From contig NC_091477.1 of the NCBI RefSeq assembly GCF_036971445.1, positions 4,898,001 to 4,962,000 of the forward strand: a stretch of 64,000 bases of DNA, given 5' to 3'. The position numbers were made by a program, and so were the translations under genes. Below the pieces are notes generated by a model. That model was given only the letters and a program-made list of their open reading frames with translations. It did not search any database and was not told the DNA's origin. This DNA comes from Narcine bancroftii. Lineage: Eukaryota. Positions 49,851-61,520 of the stretch are shown here, piece by piece. Every line of letters begins with the position of its first letter. The first letter of the stretch is position 1.

Positions 49851-52285
49851 TCTTGGTTACCTTGCTCTGCTGTCAAATTTAATATTTAACAATTTGCTTC
49901 ATCACTATTTTTCACTCCCTTGTTTTTTTTTATATTACAATGGGTTGTTTACAGTAATACATTTGAAAGCAGTTAAATCTTAAAATACGTTTTATCACTC
50001 TTGCATTGAATGAAAAATCGTCGGATCCAGACAACATGCTATTTTGGATTGAATTTGTCATCGCGGTGCACTTTACAAGATTAAACAGGTGTTATCCCTT
50101 TAACTTAATCAAACAATAGCAGTCTAATAATCCAAATTTCATGATTTTTCACCAATGTTGCTGTCAACCAGTTATCTCGGAGTTCTTTTATGTGTGACTG
50201 CACAATTTATTAAATGAGCTCTGGGAGCATTTGAAAAGATATCTGAAAAACGTAAAAAACTGTTGAATGCTCGCCCCGATACGTACAATCATGCAAACAC
50301 TTGATACGAAACACTTCTTTTCAATTATTCCAGCACTTTAATTCAGTTGGATCGCTTGTGATAATATTTGATAAGAAAACGTGATTTATCCAGGAGTCTT
50401 TTGATCGAGACTGGCGCAACTGAGTTCAATATTACACAATGCCTATCAATTGGCTCTATGACTGAGACTCAGACTACGATAATTAAAGTTGACATTAATT
50501 TAGCTGCGACTGGATGACACCATGCTTGCCTCTGAACCAACAAATTGTTAGCTGAAGTCCCACTAAAGTCATGACAATACAGGAACAGCATTGCTGCGGA
50601 CCAGCACGATGTTTAGACCCCTGCAGTGCATATTAAAAGGGATCACCTTTCTTAAGAGGAGAACTACAAATACAATATGTGTGGAACCTGACCGTCTACA
50701 AATTTGGGCATTACTACAAATATCAAAATGTTTTAATTGCCTAAATACTTCTCTTTATCCATCCTTTAGTTTACCCTTCATTTTTCTTCTTTTGTTCTTG
50801 TTTGATTGATTTCTTTCTTGATTGATTGTTGGAATTTAGCCTTGAACATAACTTTCCAGGAATATTTGAAATTGTTTTCGGAGACGAATCAGAAAAGGCA
50901 TGCCTAAAATAAATATGTGCTTAACATTTTGGACTTGCAGCGGATTTAAACAATCAATTTAAACTCAAATTGTATTTTTTTTAAAAAATGCGTTCGCATT
51001 TTTTTTTCCTCTCTCGCGATATTAAATAAGAAGAGTCGAATATAATCATCAATTCCATCCCATCATCTGGAAGTGTCCACAAACTTCTCCACAGTTTTTC
51101 TTCGCGACCCGTCCACATCAAGGGCAATTTATACGTGCCACACAACCTATAAGCATTTAACTGGGATTTAGGAAGGAACCGAGTGGAGGCATCCCCTTGA
51201 AACTCACACGGTGACAGAAATAACGTGATAACTTCAGATACACAGCACCAAACGTCAGACACATGCTGATACATGCTCAATCATCGCAGAAACGGTTGAC
51301 GAATGAATATTCCCTGTGTCTGGGTATACGTTATTCACTCACAGGTTAAGGCTGATTGCACCCAATACCCGTAAAAAATTGATTGGGGTGGAGTGGGAAT
51401 ATTAAGTGATAAGCACTTGAAACTGTGGATAGTTGAACGAGAGCAAGTGTAGGAATGAAAAGTCAAGTCTTTAAGCAAATTCGAAAGATAATAAACGAAA
51501 ACAATTCTTATCATGAATGCACTGGCTTTATATTTCTATGTTAATCCGTTCAGAGTTAATTTGTAAAATGGAGACACGTCAAGTCCTTGTAACAATTGAT
51601 TGAAATAACTTATTTTTCAATGCCATTTGTAAGAATGAGAACAAAGTGAAAAGGGAAAGAGTAAATTAAATTTTAAAGTCTTACAAAACTTCTTGAACTC
51701 CATCAGTTTTCCACCCTAAGATTAAGTTACGTTTCTAATACAGTACCTTCCTCATCTCAGACGTAAAACTCCTGGTCTCGTTTTGCTGTGTAAAATTTGC
51801 ATTGCACCAATCCTCCTGTATTGTTCATATATTTTAACAGGTTCAAAAGATTTTCATCATTTGTACAAATTCTATCAGATCTTGGTCTACGACCAAGAAG
51901 TACGGTGTGTGGCTAATGTAAAGCAGAATGGAATATGTGGTACAAACAAACTTAGTTATGTTGATCTGTCCCTTCTTTATGCTCGTTTCATGTCTTTATG
52001 TGCTGTAAGGATAATATATGGAACCACATGGAATTCGATCCACATGAAATCAATTGAGATTGGAAGGTGCTCATTTTGAGGCATAACACGAGAATTGGTT
52101 GGTGATCCTTGGTCAACATGCGAGGAACTTCAGGGCGAGTCATTTATTTTTATACGTCCAAAGTTCCTCTTAGACATACTTTTATTTAGATTTCGTCGTC
52201 CTTTTGTTGTGTTTAGTTGGAAACATTGGAACAATGGCAAACACATATGCCTAACTTCCACACTTTGCATAAGCTTTAATAAGCG

Positions 52286-52375
52286 TCAGTGTAATTATTG
52301 GCAAAGACTCTCTGTGTCGCTGTCTACCAATGAGGCGCTAAAATGCTGCCAGTTATCAAACCCCCTCCCCCAATA
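52286..52375 (+). promoter_or_regulatory. Pcdh promoter with CSE (52306-52331)
   Basis: TCAGTGTAATTAT..GACTCTCTGTGTCGCTGTCTACCAATGAGG..CCCCTCCCCCAAT. Confidence 0.88.
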
Positions 52376-52588
52376 CTACGCATAATGCAGAAACAGAGAG
52401 GAAAACAGACTCTCACTGTTTGTAATTGTACATCGGAACCGTCGTTTTAGGTGCTCTGATTGTTGTGTACAAATGTGATATTGGTCAGCGTTTTGCTTGG
52501 CTCATCTTAGGCGTCAATAACTGCTTTTTTTAAGTGTATTTTTTAAAATATATATCACTGCGAATGCAAGGACGAATTCGGACAGATA

Positions 52589-55018
52589 ATGCAAGCATTG
52601 TTTATAGTTTTCCTGCTTTATATTTGGAATATCGTTTATGGTCAAATCCACTACGCTATTTATGAAGAATTGAACCATGGTGCCTTCGTTGGGAATATTG
52701 CTCAAGATCTAGGACTCGACCTGAGAGAGCTGTCTAATCGCAGACTCCGCATTATGTCTGCAGTAAAGAAAAGGTATTTCGAGGTTAATTTAGAGAATGG
52801 CGTTTTGTTTGTGAATGAAGTGATAGATAGGGAGCTTGCATGTGGACAAAGCCTTACTTGTTTTATGAATCTGGAGGTTGTTGTCGAAAACCCATTGGAA
52901 CTCTATCGTATTGAGGTGGAGATTTTAGACATAAATGACAATTCTCCCAGTTTTCCGAATGCCGAGATCCGTTTGGAAATCCTTGAATCGTCGCCACCAA
53001 GAACTCGATTCCTTCTTCAGAGTGCCCAAGATCCAGACCTGGGGGTCAATTCTGTCCGCATTTATTATCTCAGCCCGAATGAACACTTCGCATTAGAAGT
53101 GCAGAATAGCGGGGACGACAGCAAGTTTGTCCACTTGATGTTGGAGAATTACCTGGACCGGGAACAACAGGCCATTCATCATTTACTTTTGACCGCCGTT
53201 GATGGGGGTACGCCAGTACGAACCGGTACAGCCCAAGTTATCGTGTCTGTCCTCGATGTCAATGACAACTCCCCAGTATTTGGTCAGACCTTCTATAAAA
53301 CCAGTTTAATGGAAAATGTGCCAAAAGGCACCACAGTTATCAAATTGAATGCTACCGATCTGGATGAAAGCACAAACGCAGAGATAATGTACTCTCTCAG
53401 TGACCTTACTCCAAGCCAAGTCCGTGAACTATTCAGTATTAATCCGCAGACTGGTGAGATCGCAGTCAAGGGAACTATAGACTTTGAAGAAGCCAGAACT
53501 TATGAAATTATAGTGGAGGCTAAGGATAAAGGTCCATTTGCACTCCCCGTACACTGCACTATCTTCATTGACGTCAGTGACGTCAATGACAATGCCCCCG
53601 ACATGATTTTGATGTCAGTATCTAATTCAGTCCCCGAGGATGTGCATGTTGGAACGGTATTAGCTTTAATAAGCGTTAATGACCAAGATTCTGGGGACAA
53701 TGGATTAATTAGCTGTATGATACATCCCAACATACCGTTTGAACTTAAATCAACATTTAAAAATTCCTACACCGTAATTATCAAGCAGGTTCTTGACAGG
53801 GAAACCATATCTGAATACCAAATTGGAATCATTTGTCAGGACTCAGGATTACCTGCTCTATCCACAAATAAAACTATTCAGGTCCAAGTAACCGACGTAA
53901 ACGACAACCCGCCGCGTTTTGCGGATAAAATTCACACTGCATACGTAATGGAAAACAACGCTTTCGGGGCTTCCATCTGTTCAGTCTCGGCTTTTGACCC
54001 TGACTTGGGTCCCAATTCTCACCTGTCCTATTCTGTTCTCCATAGCCAGATTCAAGGCTTGCCCATCACGTCATACGTCTCCATCAATTCAGAGAAAGGG
54101 GTCATCTTTTCACAACGCCCTTTTGATTATGAACAACTCAAAAATTTTCAGATCCATGTTCACGTGCAGGATGCTGGATTGCCTCCACTCAGCTCTAACC
54201 ATACGGTGAACGTGGTCATCTTGGATCAAAATGACAACGCTCCTGTTATCGTTTTCCCGTTAACAAAGAATGGTTCAGAAGTCACCATTCCACGAGGCGC
54301 AGATCGTGATTATCTGGTGGTCAAGGTTATCGCTGTCGATGCAGATTCAGGGCAAAATGCACGATTGCTTTATGAGCTTGTCCGAGCCACCGACCGGAAT
54401 CTTTTCGCGATGAAGACTAATTCGGGAGAAGTGAGGACGATCCGTCAAATTAAGGAGAGAGATGTCACAACACAAATGATGATTATATCGGTAAAAGACA
54501 GTGGACATCCACCGTTGTCAACCACCACCACCATCACAGTCTCAATCGTAGACAGTACCGAGGACGTCGTTCACGCCGTGACATTTATGCCCAGAACCCC
54601 CGAATATCCCTCTAGTGCAGCCCTTTATATAATCATATCATTGGGTGCAATCACATTAACACTCATGCTCGCCTTGATTGCGCTTGTATTTACAGTCTGT
54701 CGCAGTGCAAATGTTGATGAAGAGTGGTGTTGGTGTATTGAACACAATGACGCAGATACAATGTATCGAAATCACAATCTTAATTTTCAAACAGTACCAG
54801 ACTCCAGTTTAATTAAAAATGTTATCGAAGTGCGTGGATCTGGCTCACTCGCTCAAACGTACTGCTATACACTTCGGACAGGTCAAGAATTATTTCAAAG
54901 CGATTCCAAGATTCTTCCACCCTCAAGTGCAACACCTGTCAGATACAGATCTGACGCGGCGAACAGTTGCTTTACCAACTGGAATGTAAAAGCTAACACC
55001 ACAATTCTCGCCACTGAA
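52589..55018 (+). CDS. Clustered protocadherin variable exon 7
   Basis: Short signal peptide, six EC repeats, TM; phase-0 donor GAA/GTAAGT at 55019. Confidence 0.95.
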
Positions 55019-55171
55019 GTAAGTGACGTGATAATGTCCGTACTTTCCAAAGATTCTTTGACCAATTCCTGGTTTCTTTTAATGAAATACTGAGAAATAT
55101 GTCATTTTGCACAATGCAAGGTAAACACCGAATATTGCAAATTATTCCAGATATGAAAAAGTGATTAGAAA

Positions 55172-55175
<4 letters not shown>

Positions 55176-55206
<31 letters not shown>

Positions 55207-55545
55207 GAGAGAGAGAGATGAGAGTGTAGAAAGATAGGCTGGTGCAAAAAGAGGGAACGTGGTGGAGAGAGGAGGACGGGAGAGAAGAGGGATGGTAGAG
55301 GGGTATAGAGGAGGAGAGAGAGGAAGGAGAGAGGGAGACAGGGGAGAGAGGAGTGAGAGGTGTATGAGAGAGTGAGGTGAGAAAGAGGGGGAGAGAGAGG
55401 GGTAGAGAGTGGGTGAGAAAGTGTGTGGAAGAAGGTGAGAAAAGTCAGGGAGGGAAAGTGGGAAGGAGAGTGCAAAGGGGAGTGGAGAGGGAGGGGGAAA
55501 GGCAGGGCCAGAGAGAAAGAGGGAAGAGAGAAGAGAGAGGGGGGA
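55176..55545. repeat. (GT)n followed by a GA-rich low-complexity tract
   Basis: Direct inspection. Confidence 0.9.
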
Positions 55546-55639
55546 TAATGTGCCAAGAAAAAAAATCAATTTTGCATGATAATCATTTTATTTAATTGGA
55601 GTTATTTTGTGATCAGAAATTGAAATTTGTGAATGCAAA

Positions 55640-56781
55640 ATCATGGATGTTGTCCACATGGTCTTTAGTAAGGCCTTTAACAAAATACTACATGGGAAGT
55701 TGGTCAGTATGGTTCAGTCCCTCAGTGTTCAGGTGAGATCATAAATTGGATTGGGCATTGTCATTACTGGAGAAGCCAGAGCATGGTATTGGATGACTGC
55801 CTCTCAGACAGGAGGCCTTTGACTAATAGCATACCTCAGGTATCAGTACTGGGACCATTGTTGTTTGTCATCTATATCAATGATCTGGATAATAATGTGG
55901 TAAATTGGATCAGCAACTTTACAAATGACACAAAGATTGGAGGTGTTGTGGACAGCAAGAAAGGCTTTCAAGGCCTGCAGAACAATTTAAACCAGCTGGA
56001 AAAATAGGCTGAAAATATCAGTTAACATTTAATGCAGCCATATGAGGTGCTGCACTTTGAAAGGCAAACCAAGGTAGAAGGTATATGGTAAACAGTAGGG
56101 CACTGAGTAGTGCAGTAACACAGAGGAATCTGGGAATATAGATACATAATTTCTTGAAAGTGGGGTTACAAAGGCAACTTTTGAAACATTTGGGTTCATT
56201 AATCAAAATATTGAGAATAGGAATTAGGATGTTATGGTGAAGTTGCATAAGATATTGGTGAGGCAAAATGTGGAGTATTGTGTGCAGTTCTGGTCACCTA
56301 ACTATAGGAAGAATATCATTAGGATTAAAACAGATTTACAAAGATGTTGCTGAGGCTTGAAGAACTAAGTTACAGGGAAAGGTTAAACAGGTTAGGACTT
56401 TATTCCCTAGAAGCAGAAGACTGAGGGGAAATTTGATAGAGCAATACAAAATGGCCATGGGTATGGAAGAGTAAATGAAAGCAGGCTTTTTCCACTGAGG
56501 AAAGGAGAGATAAAAACTAAAGGATATGGTTTAAGGGTGTAAGTGGGATAGTTGAAAGGGAACATTAGGGAGAACATTTTCACACAGAGAGTTGTGGGAA
56601 AGGACTGACATCTGAATTGGTAATTGCAAGGCCAATTTTGATATTTAAGAAAACATTGGACAGGTTTATAGATGGGTGGGATATGGAGGTATATGTTCCA
56701 GGTGCAGGTCAGTGGGACCAGGCAGAATAATAGTTTGGCATGGACTAGAAGGGCCAAAGGGCCTGTTTATGTGGTTCTATG
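55640..56781 (+). mobile_element. CR1 LINE RT/3' fragment
   Basis: IPQVSVLGPLLFVIYINDLD..SNFTNDTKIGG; GAGTATTGTGTGCAGTTCTGGTCACC; GGGCC..GGGCCTGTTT..GTTCTAT 3' end. Confidence 0.85.
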
Positions 56782-57602
56782 GCCTATTTAAGTTGTTATC
56801 TTTCCAGGAACTCAGAATTATGAACCAAAGGTTTCAGAAATCTCAGCAGTAGAGATAGGATTTCTGCAGAAAAATTGACCTTGCATCATAAATAACCAAA
56901 GTTAGAAAACAAGCCTGTATAAATTGCAGAGCAGGAGGAGCAATTTGAAGAACAAAAGGTTGTTGATAGAAATTAAGACAGATGTTGATCTAAGTAATGC
57001 AGATGCCAGATGGTAGGGCATTGTGAAGGGTGTTAATTCCAGAGGATTTATCTGGAAAATATGTAAGTATGAGATGAATGAGGACAAGGGAGAGAGCAGA
57101 CACCAACGCTGGATCTCTGAGATGCAGAAGAATGCAATTAAAAATACACGTGAATACATTCTGGGAAAGCACAGTAGATCTTGCCACAATTGTGGAGGAA
57201 TAAACGCTGAGTTAACAATATAGATTATTTTTTTTTAAATATAGGAATCAAATAGCTCAGATACAACCTAAAATTCCATTTATTTGAAAGTGTTGCCTTT
57301 AATGTCATGCCAAGGGTTGTAATATAAATATATAGTGGAGGTGCATTGCTACTTTCCTGACTGAAGTAACAATCCCAGAATCTATGGAAGTTTGAAAGAT
57401 ATAAACAGAAAAATTGGAATTTTATGTTAAATAAAAACTACATTGTAGGGAATAGGAATCCTTTCGCCTCTGCACCTCCATTGTCACATACTCTTGAGAA
57501 CTTTGGCTCTCAAGTATTTTTGACAGATTTTGAGTTGGGTCTTCTTCCATGAAAACAGACTCCAAGTGTAAAATTCTCAATAATTTCCTGAATCCCCTTT
57601 AT

Positions 57603-57845
57603 GGGGCAGCTCAGTTAGCAAAGCAGCTAGTACAATGCTGTTACATTGCCAGTGACCCAGGCGTGAATCTGGCACTGTGTAAGGAGTTTAAAACATTCTC
57701 CCTGTATTTGCATGGGTTTCCTCTGGGTGCTCTGGTTTCCTCTCAATCTTCAAAATGTATGGGGATCATAGGTTAATTGATGTATTTGGGTGGCACGGAC
57801 TGGAACTGCCAGTTACCATGCTGTGTGTCTAAAATTTAAAAAAAT
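57603..57845 (+). mobile_element. V-SINE/HE1-like SINE
   Basis: GGGGCAGCTCAGTTAGC head, CCAGTGACCCAGG, TTCTCCCTGT..GCATGGGTTTCCTCTGGGTGCTCTGGTTTCCTC core; homologous to 14174-14440. Confidence 0.7.
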
Positions 57846-58844
57846 TAATAAATTATCCTATACCTATCAAAATGATGTTTCCACTCACTGGTCTTATCCC
57901 TATTGCATAGGGATAAAACATCCTTTTTTATGTTTCTTATCCATTAACTCTCATGTTTGAGATTTCCTTTCTTATTCATTTCTTCGTTCCCCTTTTAAAT
58001 GCTTGAGTTCTAAAAGCTCCTTATCCTCAGGTCCAGTGGTGTTTGTGGAAACTTGGTAAATATCTTCCTTTAACTTAAAACAATCCATAATTTCTTTTCT
58101 TAGCCATAAATGGACTATTTCTTCAGTTGTCTGCTTTTGGGAATGTACACTTTTTGAAATCAATTGTTTTATCTTGAAATACTATTGACTCAAGTACATG
58201 CATGTAAAGCATATTCCTGATGAATACAGCCAATGTAGCCCTCATGTCGACTTAGATTTCTTTACTCATGGATATACACCTGTGTTGGATAAATTTGCAT
58301 CACTTTAAAACTCAAAGTCAAACAAATGGCCACTTTTCTTAAAGACCCCTTTGCAACAGGATTATCATTTAAATGCTGTTTAGATAAAAATTTGCTAGAT
58401 CCTTTCCACCAGCAAATTTTGGCAAATGATCCAGAAAAATATCCTGCACATATATTCCATGAATGTCTTCTGGTTTATTACCAATCTGACTGAACATTGA
58501 AATTCTCCATGATTACTGTATGATACATGGACCTCTGATCACTTTATTTGTACAATTATTATTTGTTTGTCTGTGAATAACACCCCTCAATAATGCTTGG
58601 CTGTACTGTATCTTACTCCACTCAAACTGACCATTATCTGCCACATAAATGTTATATCTCACAACTCTGCTGATCTCATCACTCATTCATAGAAGTGCAT
58701 CACCTACTTCTCCCTTATGCTAAATTCCAAATACCTTTGAAATTTCTATTTCCTCTATTTATCACCTCAGATTCATGTTTCTGTCATGCCATTTAGATCA
58801 TCCCATTTATTTCTAGTCGGTCCATGAATTCACCCACCTTGCTA

Positions 58845-59082
58845 AATTAAATTCAATTTAATTTAGACATGCAACATGGTAACAGCCCCTTTCGGTCCAT
58901 GAGCCAGTGCTGCCCAAATATCTTAATTTAATTTCAACACCTGTATGTTTTTGAAGGGTTGAAGGAAACTGGAGATCCAAGAGGAAAACAATGCAGGAGC
59001 ATTCAACCACCTTACAGACAGCACTGGATTTGGACCTAGGTCACTGGCACTGTAATAGCATTGCACTAAAAACCATGCGGCC
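58845..59082 (-). mobile_element. V-SINE/HE1-like SINE
   Basis: Reverse complement of the same family (GGAAACTGGAG..GAGGAAAAC, GGGTCACTGGCACTGTAA). Confidence 0.65.
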
Positions 59083-59473
59083 TATTTGTATAATTTTGCC
59101 CTTCAAGCATTTTCCATACTTTGATGATTTGTTGCTATGGCTTCTTTCTTTTGTCTATTTTATCTGACTTATTATTTTCCCACTTTCTGGCACGTTGCCC
59201 TCCAGCTTGACATCTCTTCAAGGTCTCTATCTTCCTATTGTCCTAAATCAAAATCTCTCCAACAGTCCCAATAAACAGTCCTGGGTGAGCATTCACCTCA
59301 GTCCAGCTGAAGCCTCACCTTGTTCTGAAATGGTTGTAATTCCTCAAAATGTAAAGCTTTCTCTCTTGTACCATTTCTCCAACCATGCTCTCATCCTCTT
59401 ATTTCTCTACTTATTAGTTGTGTCTCTAGAAGTATTTATAACATCATTAACTTTGATGTTCCATTTGTGGTGG

Positions 59474-60012
59474 AATTGAATTTAGGAGCTGAGAGGTAAT
59501 GTTGCAGCTCTATAGGACCCTGGTCAGACCCCATTTGAAGTACTGTGTGCAGTTCTGGTCACCTCACTACCGGAAGGATGTGGAAGCCATAGAAAGGGTG
59601 CAGAGGAGATTTACAAGGATGTTGCCTCGTTTAGGAAACATGCCTTATGAAAACAGGTTGAGTGAACTCGACCTTTTCTCCTTAGAGTGATGGAGGATGA
59701 GGGGTGACCTGATAGAGGCATACAAGATGATGAGAGGCATTTTCCCAGGGTTGAAAAGAACATGGGGTTCAGGTGCTGGGGAGTAGCTACAGAGGAGATG
59801 TCAGAGTTAATTTTTTTTATGCAGAGAATGGTGGGTGTGTGGAATGGGAAGCCATTAACAGTGGTGGTGGCGGATACAATAGGGTCTTTTAAGTGATTTT
59901 TGGATAGAGGGCTATGGGAAGCCTAGTAATTTCTAAAACAGGGACATGTTCAGCACAACTTTGTGGGCTAAAAGGCCTGAATTGTGCTGTAGGTTTTCTA
60001 TGTTTTTATGTT
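59474..60012 (+). mobile_element. CR1 LINE 3' fragment
   Basis: LYRTLVRPHLKYCVQFWSPHYRKDVEAIERVQRRFTRML; (TTTCTATG)-like tail. Confidence 0.88.
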
Positions 60013-60107
60013 TTTAATCCATACCTAATGAAGGTATTCATTACCTTCATAATCCTAGAACGTATTCATAATCCTAGAACCTTCATAATCCTAGAATGTA
60101 TTCATAA

Positions 60108-60691
60108 TCCTAGAACGCTTCCACCAGCGTTGTCTCCGCTCCATCCTCAACATCCATTGGAGCGCTCACACCCCTAACGTCGAGGTACTCGAGATGGCAG
60201 AGGTCGACAGCATCGAGTCCACGCTGCTGAAGATCCAGCTGCGCTGGATGGGTCACGTCTCCAGAATGGAGGACCATCGCCTTCCCAAGATCGTATTATA
60301 TGGCGAGCTCTCCACTGGCCACCGTGACAGAGGTGCACCAAAGAAAAGGTACAAGGACTGCCTAAAGAAATCTCTTGGTGCCTGCCACATTGACCACCGC
60401 CAGTGGGCTGATAACGCCTCAAACCGTGCATCTTGGCGCCTCACAGTTTGGCGGGCAGCAGCCTCCTTTGAAGAAGACCGCAGAGCCCACCTCACTGACA
60501 AAAGGCAAAGGAGGAAAAACCCAACACCCAACCCCAACCAACCAATTTTCCCTTGCAACCGCTGCAATCGTGTCTGCCTGTCCCGCATCGGACTGGTCAG
60601 CCACAAACGAGCCTGCAGCTGACGTGGACTTTTTACCCCCTCCATAAATCTTCGTCCGCGAAGTCAAGCCAAAGAAAAAAAAAAAAAAAAG
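60108..60691 (+). mobile_element. Young 5'-truncated RTE LINE, same family as 8827-10310
   Basis: 142-aa C-terminal translation identical to the first copy; A-rich tail; 8-bp TSD AATGAAGG at 60027-60034 and 60692-60699. Confidence 0.95.
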
Positions 60692-60804
60692 AATGAAGGG
60701 CCCAGGCCCGAACTGTTGGCTTCCCTTTTACTTCCTCTGGATGTTGTATGACCCATTGAGTTTCTACAGCAGTAAAACATGAAACTCTGCACACACTGTG
60801 GTTG

Positions 60805-61520
60805 AAGTAAAAACACAATGCTGGAGAAAGTCAGCTGTTGAAAAGGTATTCTTTATTCAGTAAAGATAAAGGTACAGAACCAATGCTTCAGGCTTGAGCC
60901 CTTAATCAAGGAATAAAAAATGTTGTCAGGAACGCAAACAAAATGGTGGGGTGGGCAGGGAAAGGGGGAGAAGCAAAGTACAAAAGGCAGGAGGTAATAG
61001 GTGGCTAAGGAAGGGAGGGCACACCAGCAAGCAGGAGAAGGAGGATGAGGGAATGGAGAGAGAAAGGATGGAGAGCTCGAGGAATGAAGACAAAGGGAAA
61101 GGAAATGGAGGGAGATCAGAGAGCATACTTTAGAAATTGATGTTAATCAAAGGAAAAGTTATTAAAGGTGAGAACAATTTTGGCCAGGCAGAGAAGGGTG
61201 GTCGTGGAAAGTGATTTGTTGTCTCTTGTCAAAAAACAAAGTGCTTCTGAGACTTTCTGTTTGGTAATTGGAGGTATTAAAGGATTGGACATCCATTGTA
61301 AAAATGAGGCTGTCAAGTTCAGAGAATTGGAAGTTATTGAAGAGATGGAGGGCATGTGATTGGACCAGTGTAGAAAAGATTGAGTCAAGGTAAGACGATA
61401 CTAGTTTGGTGGGGCAAGTGCAAGCGGGAACAATGGGTACACCCAGTTAATTGGGTTTATGTATCATGGGTAAGGGGTAGAACTAGACTTTTGATGAGTC
61501 AAAGGAGAAGTTATTAAGAG
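60805..61520 (-). mobile_element. Penelope-like element relic (RT fragment plus pseudo-LTR)
   Basis: Minus-strand TTTLLCLAKIVLTFNNFSFD and ATGGATGTCCAATCC (MDVQS) resemble PLE RT; pLTR with TTGATTAAGGGCTCAAGCCTGAAG. Confidence 0.7.

Noticed and set aside
455-53733. Recurrent antisense ORFs within Pcdh exons (e.g. 455-736, 15735-16133, 22003-22347, 31552-31980)
   Set aside because: Shadow frames of conserved cadherin codons; their mutual similarity is explained by the sense protein. Antisense lncRNA cannot be judged from sequence alone
54993-55595. ORFs of 187, 134 and 72 aa
   Set aside because: Translations of a GA-rich microsatellite
60044-60116. Short repeat array resembling CRISPR
   Set aside because: Eukaryotic context, no unique spacers; explained as retrotransposon junction filler
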